Source of the DNA: Epiperipatus broadwayi
Taxonomy: Eukaryota > Animalia > Onychophora
NCBI GenBank assembly: GCA_028023455.1
Contig: JAQFVV010000009.1
Location: 2,790,001 to 2,854,000, forward strand
Direction: 5' to 3'
DNA length: 64,000 bases
Both the position numbers and the translations under genes were made by a program. Shown here in pieces: positions 1 through 12,494 of the stretch. The number at the start of each line of letters is the position of its first letter. Position 1 is the first letter of the stretch. The notes under the pieces were generated by a model, which did not search any database, had not been told where the DNA came from, and was given only the letters and a program-made list of their open reading frames with translations.

Positions 1-364
1 TTATGGGTTAATTGTCATGATTTTTTTAAACATCTTTTCTTTATGTAAATTAATGTCATATTACATTTTTTTTTAATTTTCTAAAGTCAATCAAAATACT
101 TTTTTTTTTTAGATACAGATGTGATCTGAAAGAATGTGCAAGTTTTAAAAAACTTTATATTTGTTTTTGTGTTTTTTGGAGGGAAATTTTGTTGCAATTT
201 TATTTTTACAAAAGTTAACTTACAATTTATTAATTACTTTAAATTTATTATTTGTATATTTTTTTTTTTTTACAAATGATATATCTGAAATTTGTCCATT
301 TATTATTTCTATCAAAAACAGTAGTTCTTTTTAATTTCTACAAATTTTCTCTAGTATTGACAAC

Positions 365-487
365 CACAGCCATTTAATGCAGTGGTAAAGGTCTCAAGAG
401 CTGAAATATCTGAAATGCAGTTTAAACCCATCACTTCTGGTGCTTGAATGTCACATGATCATGAGCAAATAATCATTCAGTGCTTTT
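365..487 (+). mobile_element. tRNA-derived SINE-like remnant (internally deleted)
   Basis: Degenerate A-box (tgcagtggtaaagg) and B-box (gcagtttaaaccc); tail tggtgcttgaat...tgagcaa.t.atcatt.ag shared with 4695-4745. Confidence 0.4.
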
Positions 488-2171
488 TTAAAATTTTCTA
501 ATGAATTGGACACTTTACTTATTAAGCTAATTAAAGCATAAGGAATTATTATATTATAAGATATGGAAAATTGTAACCATAATTTCTTAATAATGTTTTG
601 AGTTTATTCTCATAAATATTGAAATGGGAAGGAAGGAATTTTTAAAAACTTAATACATAATTACCCAATTAAAATATCAATATTTTATATATGAAATTTT
701 GATAAATTAATTTTTTTATTGCTAAAAGTTTAGAATTGAGATATGAAATTCATTAAAAACTGTTCAAGTTTCTATATTTATAAAATGTTTATAATTAGAA
801 AATGTTCTCTTAGGATTGAAAATCTCATGACTAAATCCACACACAATAGTCACCTCATATAAAATAAAAATGCCAAAAAAATTATATGGTTTTCATTTAT
901 TTTAATATTTTGTATTGATGATAAGATAGCTATTTTATATATACATAGACACACACATATATATATATATATCTTGAAATACTGAGATGATTGTTTATAA
1001 TGAATTTTAAATATACAAGATGTTAAGTATTAAGTGAAAACATTAGCAAACTATCTTCTAAGATGGTTAATCTTTTTCTCTTAATTTGGTCAACAATGAT
1101 TTTTTTATCAAAAGATGTATTGAAAACTCTAAACATAAACACAGTTAATATCTGCTCATAAAAGAAATGTACTTTTTTGTAGAATATTTAACATATCAAT
1201 AGTGAATATTGTGATTCATGGTGCTTTACTAAATTTTCAATTAAATATGTTAGTTTTAATCAAATATAAATACAAACTTATATTTAAAATTTTAACTGTG
1301 CATGATATTCTGCTTTAAAACAAGTTTGATGAATCTATTATTATATTGTCAAAATTGCATGCAGACTGTATATTAACTAGTGGTAAAAAGTATTAAATGT
1401 ATTTATTTATTTTCATATTTAACTTCAGTTAAGATAATAAATAAAATCTTTTAAATTAAGGAAAAAATATTTTCAAATAAATAAATATTTAAATAGTATA
1501 ATTGCTGCTGCTTCAGAATATTTTAATTATACTGGATATTCTTAGTGTAAGTAATACATTCAGAATTGTTTGGATAATTCATATTAAAACAATGATATAG
1601 CTATAGTTTTTGATTTCCTATGCAAAATTTGTAAGCAAAATTCTTTTTTCAATATTTATAATATATATTTAATATTTTTTGGAATATATATATAAAATTA
1701 AAAGTCCTAAGATTCAGAGAACCACTACACCACTTACCTCCAAATAAAAGTATTTTATAATAATATTTTGAAATGCATTTTGCAAAAACTCATCATATAT
1801 AATAATTAATTCAATGTTGTGCAGATTTGGTGTAGTGGGTGAATACTGATCCTGGAGCTTAAGATGTGCAGATTGTGGCCAGTTCTTTGAACCTATGAAT
1901 ATCCTAAACAATAGACCATTTGGTTATTATTATTATTAATGCAGTTTTATCACACAATTATGCATAAATATGTGTTAATGTATATAAAATGAAATAACAA
2001 TAAGGAAACTATATCTTAGTTGTTGCATATGTAAAAATCATTGCAGGATAAGATGTAAAACTTTCTCTTTTAGGCTATACCACTGGTACATATTTGTACA
2101 TCAATTAAACATTTGAAACATTCAAAATGGAATGAAAAATATCTATTTTACTGTTTTTTCTCTATTTTCAG

Positions 2172-2280
2172 ATCATATTGTGTGTGTGTATTAAAAAGTG
2201 TAAAAAATTTCTATTTAAATATAGAGATGAAGATGATAGAAGCTGGTACTGTTTACCTAATGAGGGGTGGCAAGCAATAA
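2172..2280 (+). other. Candidate terminal coding exon of an unidentified upstream gene
   Basis: Polypyrimidine acceptor ttttttctctattttcag ends at 2171. One frame reads SYCVCVLKSVKNFYLNIEMKMIEAGTVYLMRGGKQ* (stop 2278-2280), followed by ~3 kb of UTR-like AT-rich DNA. No homology recognised and the frame is uncertain. Confidence 0.25.
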
Positions 2281-4454
2281 TAATCTATCATTGACATTAA
2301 TTAAGAGTCATCACTTAAGTTATAGAATTCTATTACTTAGTTAATTCAACTTGCTATTGAGGAAAGAACTAATTATACATATTACTATCAAAATTTTAAT
2401 GATGCCATTGTTTTTAAAATTACATTTGGAATTAAAAGAAAAAATTCTATAAACTTATAAAATATATGTAAGTTTAAAATTATTATATGCCTAAATTGTA
2501 AAAAAGTAAATGAAATACAGTATATTGTCTTTAAGGCAAATAAATTGACTGATTGTGCAATGATAGTTTGAATTGTTGGGTCCCTACACAAAATTTCAAA
2601 AAGGATCCTTTTTAATATAACATTTCCTTAATATTTTTTTGAATATATATAAAATGGTCATTCAAATACAGAAATCCTTAAAAAAAATTTTGGTTTGCTT
2701 CATGATAGCTATGTTACTATAGTCATATTGAAAATTATTACTATATACATATCTTATGAATGGTTGATTATCTTTAGTAATAGATTTTTGCATATATATT
2801 TAAACTTATTCTTGAAGAAACTATACTCAAATGTGCTACTAAAATAATGCAAAAGTTTGTTTCTAAAGGTTCTATTTTAAACAAACTTGCAAACAAAGCC
2901 CAAATCTTATATCAGACAAAAGATAACATTGATGTGAGAAAGTGGTATTGTTGCAAGTTTGTTAAAAAAAATGGTTTTTTGAGAATTTGACTTGTGAATT
3001 ATTATGATAGCATATTTGAACATAATTGCTCTATGAATAAATGTATATTTCCAGCATTACATATTTAAAGTAAGTTATTTATACACTTATTAAAATTATT
3101 AAAATATATACACATACGCACATGCTCATTAAACGTTGCTCGTCTAAACTATCAACATTAAATCATACACAGATTGTAAACTAAAATTAAATGTATTTTT
3201 GTATTCAAAAATATAAAAAATGTTCCAAAAAAAAAAAAAAAAGGATGACATTTTGAACCAGATCTTTATAAACATTGTTTTCTAGTTTTTATATTTGTAT
3301 AATATTTATTTATTTTTGCAGATATTCTCTTTTAATTATAACTTTTTAAAAACATCCAAATTCTAGATGGTTATTTTTTTATCCAAATACATTCTCTGTA
3401 TTTAATTAGACAAAGTATTTAATTTTGAAATAAATATTGATATAATTTTTATATGATTTAATAACAATATTGTGAATCTAAAGTTGATTTTATCAATAAC
3501 CACTATATTTTTATATAATTACAGTTAATACATACAAAATGTAACTCATGGAAGATTCTAAAGTACAAATGCTATAAACTTCACAAATATTTTTATTGAA
3601 ATCCATTCTGAATGTTCATCAACTCTTAAATTACTATGAGAAATGTTCAATAGCTAATATCAAGAATTCATTTATATTATGGATTTATTGATAGATTATT
3701 TTTTTCTAAAATCTAATATTGTTAGTTTGTCTATTAATGTAATGCTTTGTTTTTTAAGTGGCAAATTGCTTGTGTGTATTAAATGTTACATCCCACTTCC
3801 ATTGTTGAATTATATATTTCTGTTTGCATAATATCTTGGTGCTAATTTGAAAAGTATTTTAGTATATTTTTTATTTATGATTATTGATGACATTAATTCA
3901 TATGAGTAAAGAGATAGTTTGATTAATTCTTATGCTATTTGCTCACTAAGATTTACAACATGCTGTATTGAAAGTAGCTTTCATAGTTTTATTAAATTCT
4001 GCATCCCTGATTATTGTCTTGAAATTGTATCATAATAGTTACAAATATGATACATCAGTAATGCTATATTGTTTATACTTATATTATTGGTTTATGTATG
4101 TTTTATTGGTATTGGTGAATTAGTATTATATGTCATAAGTAATATTATTGTTCTCTGAAAAATAGATCATGAATTTTACAAAAATCAATATTTTTTTATT
4201 ATTAAAAAAATCTTAAATTATTTGTAAGTTTGATTATTTTATCAATTGAGAGCTATTTTTTACAAGTTGTTCCAAAAACAAATATGAACAGGTACTATTT
4301 TTTCATTGTTATTTGTATGAAAAAAAAAATTATATTATGGAATAACAAATGTTTTCTGTTTAATACAGAGAATAATTAGTGTACAACAAAATTCATTTAG
4401 GTTGTAGAAAATATTTCTAAAGTGATGTAGGCCATGATGGAAATATTTTGCTCT

Positions 4455-4745
4455 GGAGTGATCTGACATAGAGGTGAGATTGACAAATTCAAGAGCTAAA
4501 GTTCCCGGATTGATCCCTAACTGAGAAAAGTAAAAAATTCTCTGTTTCATCATTTAACCAAGATTGTATCCTGCCTCATTTATTGAAATGATAAAGAGAT
4601 AAACTCTAAAATTATGGATATCAACTCAAATTCTATCACAATAAACCATTTGATTATTATTGTTGGAACTTATGCTTAGCCTGCCATTTTGGTGCTTGAA
4701 TATTACCTGACCTCCTGAGCAATTGATCATTTAGTTGTTTTCAGT
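4455..4745 (+). mobile_element. tRNA-derived SINE-like remnant
   Basis: B-box-like cccggattgatccct near 4505; 3' part matches the 365-487 copy. Confidence 0.4.
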
Positions 4746-7407
4746 ACTGAACTAAATAAATAAAAATCTAACAAAAGTCTTCTAAATGTTTTGTTAAATT
4801 AATGAATAAGTATATTAAATACCATTAATTTAGTATGGAACTATCAGAGAAAAAATGATATTAGTATTTCTTGCTTTTCATCTAAGTGCATTTAATAAAA
4901 AAATATCTGATGAATATTGTAGCTCATATTGCCATGTCATTTTTATTGCTATGAAAATATAAACATTTTATTGTTTTAGTAAGTTTGTATATATATGTAA
5001 TATGAAGTGTGAATTATTTTGTAAGTATAAATATAAAATTGTTATATATTTTTGTAACTTTTAATCTATTGTTAATTGTATTTCATTACAAGTTGTTGAT
5101 TTATAATAAATATTTTGTTTAAATATAAACTAGTTGTTTTAATTAATAATTTTTATTAGTCATTCATTAGACCAGAGATTATCCAATAATGAATAATACC
5201 TTTAATGTAATTTTCATTACACCACTATCCATTTTTAATACCTTGTGGAGAAGTATAATCATAAACATAAGACAAAAGATATGCAAAAAAGATCTATTTA
5301 TTTATTGTAAAAAAAAAAAAACATTTTATTTTCATCTATATAAAAATATTATCACTTCTCCTACCATTAAATAAATGTGCATGCGATGTATATGTAAGCA
5401 ATATATATATATATATAAAGGAGAACATAACAAGCACAGAGCAATAGTGACTAATTGCTGTTGATAAAAACAAATTAGTTGAAATCAGTAATTTCTTTTT
5501 TAAATAACTATTTACATATATTCACTTATTATTTTTATTACACATACTCTTCCAATGACGCTTTTATTTCTTTTTTGCTTTTAAATTTTCCAATAGATTT
5601 TAATACATGAGTTAATATATCTATACATTTTTTTCTTCTGCAGTACAGTAATTGATTTTCTTTTATTTTCATTTGTTCATTATATTAAGTATCATGATAC
5701 TACATATTGTTTTTAAATTACAATTATATAATTTATTATTTTCAATACCTTTTTTTCTGTTGGTGCTGGTGTGTTCTAATGTTTCAACTAGATAGCAGTC
5801 TTTTTCAAGGCTATAAATGGTAATGAATTATTATTATTTTTAATAACATACAATTTTATAATGCAAAAAAAATATTTACATTTTTATATCTGTTTTTCAA
5901 AAATATAAATTATCTAAAATATAATTAACTTTATACATTCTAATGGAAATAATAAGTGGTCAATTGCTGTAAGTAGTGTCATATGTTATTTGCCAATTAT
6001 AAAATAGAATAAATAGGTGTGTGCATATAGATCTTTACCTTAGCACATCAAAACATATGACATTTATCTATAATCAATAAATAATCAGTTTGTTCCCAAA
6101 CCAAGGTAAAATTGTATCTAGTATGATAAATACTATCAAATTTATTATTTTTATTTTCTAAAAATAACAATCTGTACACATTGACATTACAACTTATGTA
6201 AAATTGATTAGTAGCATAAGGCAGGTAACCATCCATATCCTTATTTTCATTTTACCATAATCTAGTCTCAATTCAGAAGTTTAATATAAGAACACAATAA
6301 TATAATTACAATCATGGAATAAAAAAACACTAATATTTAATTAATGTGTGATAATAATATTTAATTTTGGAATTGATTATTTACAGAATATGTATGTAAT
6401 AATAAAATACTATAAACTAAACACAACATACCAATTATACATTTATTAAAAATAAATGAAATAACAGTTATAATCTGCACCTTGCTATAAGCTTATATAT
6501 ATGCTTTAAATATCAGCCATGAAAAATTAAGCTTAATTTGTTTCAAAACTTCTAATATTTTAAATAGCATGGCAGTGATTAATTGATACACTGATAAACA
6601 TTTATATCCAAATTATCATGTAAAAATATCATTTGATAAAATAATATTGTCTTGAAATATTAATAGCATAAGAGTAACTTATAATTCATTAGTTATGAAC
6701 TTTAATGATTATAAAATATTTGAAAATGTATGAACTATAAGAATTGTGGCTTTGTAGACCATCTAATCAGTGATTTGCTTTACTAAAAATAAAGACTAAA
6801 AATAAAACTTCTCTGAGTATAAACCAGAAAAATAATCTCAGCATTGAAATAGTCTTCAGCAAATAATGCAGATAGTAATGATTTGTAATAAGTCTGTAGG
6901 GAAGGAAATAGACAATGAAAACAGGAGGATCATTCCATATCGCAGAGGAATTGGATCTTAAATACAGAGATTGAAAACTGCTAGTGTGAAAACAAAAACA
7001 AAAAATATACAAATGGAAAAATTATTGTTATAATTGGTCTAGTTAATATAACAGTTGAGATAAATAATTATTGTAAAAAATTAAATTAATTCATTTGAAG
7101 AGATAATTTAAAATCTATAATAGGTAGAAAATGGGTTTTCTTCTGGGCATAAATATATGTAAATAAAATCAACTCATTATTTTAGGAAAATAATTATTTG
7201 AGTCTAAGCAGGAAAAGACCATGCTTGTAGAGATTGAGTTCCATGATTAAAGATGTTTTTCACACAGGAACAAAAGTTAAGGAAGTCTTAAACATTCTAA
7301 TAAAAAAGAGGCTGCTGATATCTGATGAAAATACAAAAATAGGCTGCTTCCATATTTAAAAAAAAAATGTATATGAAATTATTGCTTGTGTGTTCATAAG
7401 AATTTGA

Positions 7408-7476
7408 GGGTCAGAATCAATCCTGGAGCTTCCCGATCCCAAGATCAGATGCTCTACCAACTATGTTAAACCACGC
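7408..7476 (-). mobile_element. tRNA-like SINE head
   Basis: Minus strand reads gcgtggtttaacatagttggtagagcatctgatcttgggatcgggaagctccaggattgattctgacc: A-box TAGTTGGTAGAGC plus a decayed B-box. Not a foldable tRNA. Confidence 0.45.
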
Positions 7477-7659
7477 AGGATCTCCCATATTTATTATCTT
7501 GAAACCCAGAAGACATATAAAAGTCCCCATTTTATACATAATAAAGAAAGATAGATGTTAAAAAGATTGGATAGAACAAACATTTTCTGCAAACGGATTT
7601 GAAAACTGCTTTTCACCAGTTACTAAGATTGGAGAAAATAGCAAATCTTTACTATTATT

Positions 7660-10420
7660 ATTCATAAAGGGTTATTTTCTGAAAGAAACACTGAAGACAT
7701 GAACATTTTCCAATCCCAGTAGCAGCATGTGAAACTTCTGAAAGGCCCAAACAATGGGCAATGTCTCTTTCTCAGAATGTACCTCAGGGTCATTAAGTAG
7801 CCTGCTCAGAAAATACAGTATACCCATTCTCCCATCTTGTTCATGAACCAAGGTCACTCTAAGCCATATCCACTGCTATCAGTCTGGACTATGAACAACT
7901 TTTGAAATGTCAGGAAAGGCTAGAATAGCATGTTCTAAGAATCCTGTCTTCACTTTTTTAAAAGCTTGCTCCTGCTCTTCTGTCCACTTCCACTCACTAC
8001 CCTTTTTAATATCTTCACCAATGGCTCCATCCATTCAGCAAACCATTCCTGAAAGTGGTTGTAGAAGGTACACAGCCCCAGAAATGATTGGACCTGCTTT
8101 TTGGATCTAGGCATAGGGAAGTCATGGATGGCAGAGATCTTGTCTGGGTGTGGTTTGAGTCCCTGAGCCCCCACCATGTGTCCAAGAAAGACCACTTTCT
8201 GATACAGTGTGCTCTTCTTGAGTTATTTTTATGCCCTTTTTTCACATTCCTGTAGAAATAGTCCTACTTCACATATGTGTTCCTTAATATCTATCAAGGC
8301 TATCAGCATGTCATCCATGTAAATTGTGATCATGTCCTTTATCTCTGAAGATATCACCTGATACAAGCACCTGAATAATCCTGCCCCACTGTTTAAGCTG
8401 AAGGGCATCCTGTTGAATTAATATTGATGGCCCTCATATCTGAATGATGAGTATTAGCAATCTTCTGGGTGTATCTTAATTTTCCAATAACTGGTGGTCA
8501 AATGAAAGATCAAAAATACCTTTTTCCCTTGGAACTTTCTCAGTAACTCTTGCATGGGAGGTGGTACATTGCAGTCCAGTAGTTCCTTATTTAACTGTCG
8601 AGCATCGAGATATAATCTTACAGACCCATCCTTTTTAACCACCGTCGGGTTGCAATATGCCAATGAGCATTTGATCTATTTGTTCATTCATTTTTAGTAT
8701 TGATGTGGAATGGAATATGATCTAGCTTTGAATGTCTGAGTGTCTCTCACTTTAATTCTCTGCTCATACCCTTGGATAACTCCTGGCCTGTCAGAAAAGA
8801 CTTGGTGGTATTTGGTCAATGTTCATTGTAATGGATTATCCTGAACTTTCCCTTCTACTTTCAGTCCATCAATCTTGTTGTCTTTAAGTTTTTCTGGGGC
8901 ATCCTTCTCTAGGTGTAGCATCCCTATCAACCATTGAGGCCCCTCCATGAGGAAACATACCACTTGACTCTCACATGTGGACTAACCCCTCTTATAGTCA
9001 AGGTTACATTTGTATCTATTCAGAAAATCTGATTTCAACAAGGCCTTGGATATTAAACCTTTCATTACAAGAAACACGTGGATAGCTCCTGTTAATTTTT
9101 AGATTTATCTGCTTGGGCTCTGCTTTAGCTTTCTGGTTGTCTGCCATGGCAATTTGAATCATTTTCAGAGGGAGAATTGGTATATATGGTTGTTCCCTTC
9201 TAATTTGGTGGCATAATCTCTGCTACAACTGATATCTGGCTGCTCGAATCCATGAAGGCTTCAATAGTCATTGAATCCATTTTTACAGGGATGATTGAGC
9301 ATGTCTGGCATGCATACCCCTGAATCCGGTCTTCTCAAGAACATTAAATTGCCTACTCTTTTTACCCATTTCTTAGCATCTGCATCTCCTTTAGATCTAA
9401 GCTTAGGCTTCTTAATCTATCATCTTTCTATATCTATTTCTAGTTGGCTCAACATTTTATCAATGTCCTCACCGATCTTTCTCCTCTTTTTCCCAACATC
9501 TATCTAATTTCATCAGGTAACTTTCTGCATGCCATTTCTATAATCTATTCCTCTGAAAATTTACATGCCTCTAGAGTCATTAATGTGGCCACCTGCTGCC
9601 TAAAAAAATGTATGTACATTTCTCCATTACCTTCTTGGAACTTCTGCCCTAACACTTCGGCTTTTACCCTTTCTTGTATATTTTCATTCCATAATACATA
9701 GACTAATGCTTCTTTATACTCCAGAAATGTTTGAGGTTGATGACTCAGTAAATTTCCACCATGTCTCTGCATGTTTCTCTAGGTGGTGGTAAGCTATGAT
9801 CATTTGGTGATCGTCCTCACCGATCTTTCTCCTCTTTTTCCCAACATCTATCTAATTTCATCAGGTAACTTTCTGCATGTCATTTCTATAATCTATTTCT
9901 CGAAAATTTACATGCCTCTAGAGTCATTAATGTGACCACCTGCTGCCTAAAAAAATGTATGTACATTTCTCCATTACCTTCTTGGAACTTCTGCCCTAAC
10001 ACTTCGGCTTTTACCCTTTCTTGTATATTTTCATTCCATAATACATAGACTAATGCTTCTTTATACTCCAGAAATGTTTGAGGTTGATGACTCAGTAAAT
10101 TTCCACTATGTCTCTGCAAGTTTCTCTAGGTGGTGGTAAGCTATGATCACTTGGTGTTCATCTGCTATCTTATAGTACTTATAGTATCTTTGAATGCTCT
10201 TGAGGTGCTCTATGGGTGTCTCCTACTCTTGAAGTCTCAACTCCATTGCTTTCATTTTTTAAAATATATCACTATTATGCCTAAAACATGACTGACCTTC
10301 CTGATAAATCTTCCTCCACTCATTTCTACCCTTATGCTCCTCTAATCATCAAAGTTGACCGGTTTTTCATGCTACCCTTTTAGAAAGATATTGTTTTGTA
10401 ATATCTCCAATATTGGTAAA
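7660..10420 (-). mobile_element. Degenerate Ty3/Gypsy LTR retrotransposon (gag, RT, RNase H; integrase missing)
   Basis: RT motifs VKKDGSVRL, YMDD (8310-8321) and FLGHMVG...PHPDKISAIHDFPMPRSKKQVQSFLGLCTFY; RNase H SRLL..SEKETLPIVWAFQKF; gag capsid-like ETWW/ERVKAE. Many stops and frameshifts. Confidence 0.9.
9465..10155. repeat. Tandem duplication, 348-bp period, inside the gag region
   Basis: gtcctcaccgatctttctcc starts at 9465 and again at 9813; the copies differ by few substitutions and a 1-bp indel. Confidence 0.95.
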
Positions 10421-10738
10421 ATCCTTAAACCCCTATTTTTTGAATTATATGAAATTATATGACTTTATACATCTTACTGAACAAACATTATCGATCATCA
10501 ACATTATTTTCTATTCTAACTACTTGAGGACTTTTCTGAAAGTATATCTATATATCGTAAAATATGCCATCATTTAAATATAATTTTAAACTTCTCATAA
10601 TCACCTGTTTTTATTTAACTGACCAGATAATACAGATATGATCTCTTTCTGTTTTTGTTTTTTTTAAAAAAAAAATTGTTTTCCAACTTCCGTTGGGAAG
10701 CCCTTTTAAGTTTCGTTCTCCAACCTTCACCATCCCAT

Positions 10739-11970
10739 CCATTGGGAAGCCATTTTAACAGACTACCCATGATCCTAGTCTGCTTTGAGTAAGTATATTT
10801 ATGAGCATCAAACAAGTCCGACCTCAAGTGCCAATCTTACCAATTAATAAGAATTATACCCTCGAAAACAAAAGAAAATGTTCAGTGGACCGACTAGCTC
10901 AGTCTGAAGGTCTGGGAGACAATGTCTATCGGGAGAATGAAGCCAAGGTTATCTTACAAAGAAATGTCATTTATATACTTTTATAATTTTCCTATCTGCC
11001 CTAAGAATCATTATTTTATTTTTTTCAGAGATATATGGTCATGAATATCAGTAAGATTTTATAAATAATAACCCAGAAATTATAAGAATCTCGTAATTTA
11101 AATAAATACATAAGTTATAGCTTAAAATTCTAATATTTATTAATTCATGTATATACTAGTAACTCAATCATAGGACCCAGTCATTCTGATACATACATAT
11201 AATATCTGTATACACATTCATGAAAGAATGCAACTATGCATAAGAGTTGTATTTATTAAATTTAATCTATTTTCTATAATTTTTTAAGTTGGGACAAAGT
11301 GCATATTTCTTAATTTATCAAATTATTATATGTTCATTCAATATATAGAGAAAAGGTCATAGTTACCTTCTTTGAGGATGAACGTTCATGTGTTTAAGGT
11401 GAAGGATCTGTAAGCTTACAGTATTACAATGGCAATTGTCTTGCAAGAGTTGTCAGTCTGAAAGATAATGAAAGATTCAATAATATTTGTACATATGATA
11501 ATCCATCCTAGAAGTTAGGTAGGTGATGCTAAGATTGAGTGCATGAAAGTTCTTGCTGTTTGGAACTCCGTGATCATTTCACTTGTTTGAAATAAACGGC
11601 CGAAATCTCCATAGATAAAGGTCAGACAGGTCACAAAATAACTGTACACTGGGACGAATTAACGAATCCACATGATTCTTTCCTCCAACATTTCGATGGA
11701 ATCCATTTTTATTAATTTTTATTAATTAATAATCACTTTATTAAAATTTACTTTCCATGCTTCTTTCTCTATAGCGATCACTTCTGAATCACTACAAAAT
11801 AAAAAAAAAATAATATAGTTTCTTTCTTTTATCTCTCTTTCACCTCTTTTTTTTTATCTACACATACACTGATGACCATTATTCCAGGAATGCTTTTAGC
11901 AGGATCAGGTTTCCATTCAAATACTTAGTGGCCAGTCCTTGGAATTCTGACAAGTGTAGAAATCACTCAT
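10739..11970 (-). mobile_element. Possible PBS and 5' LTR/leader of the minus-strand Gypsy element
   Basis: Minus-strand tgttaaaa-TGGCTTCCCAATGG (10739-10752) resembles an LTR end plus PBS. No second LTR in the window, so the outer boundary is a guess. Confidence 0.3.
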
Positions 11971-12494
11971 GGCACAACTTGCAACTCCTTTTATTACTCT
12001 CCAGACATATATTTAATTTGCTTTTGTTAAGAAACATGCACTACTAATGACATTATTTCAATAACTATAATTTACTGTAATAACAACAAAATATATAAAA
12101 TATTGAATTTCAAAAATGGTACACAATTCACTTTTCAGCAAAAAAACTTTTATTATTGATTACATTATATAAAACAAAAGTATAAAAATACAATTCTGCA
12201 CATAACCGCTCCTTTTCATCTTCACATACAAATCTGTTAGTAATTAATTCTACACAACATGTGTAATAAATATATATGTATACGTTCATGCCTTTAAATG
12301 GTTAATGTATTTCACTCACACTCTTTTGTAATAAGGTTCGAATGTATATAAATTTTCTCGCATCCATTAATTTATAATAACAACCACAATAAACACTTTG
12401 TAATCATTAGTGCATTTTACTTCCTTTGGTAACTATTCGAACCCAGTATGTTGTGTAAATAATGTGTAACGAGACCGACTGGTACAATAATTTT

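Noticed and set aside
6767-7012. 81-aa minus ORF or exon after an acceptor-like ccctacag
   Set aside because: No recognisable product, donor or partner exons.
7408-7476. Functional tRNA gene
   Set aside because: B-box and stems are degenerate; better read as a SINE head.
9295-9701. Plus-strand ORFs 9295-9507 and 9444-9701
   Set aside because: Antisense to the Gypsy gag.
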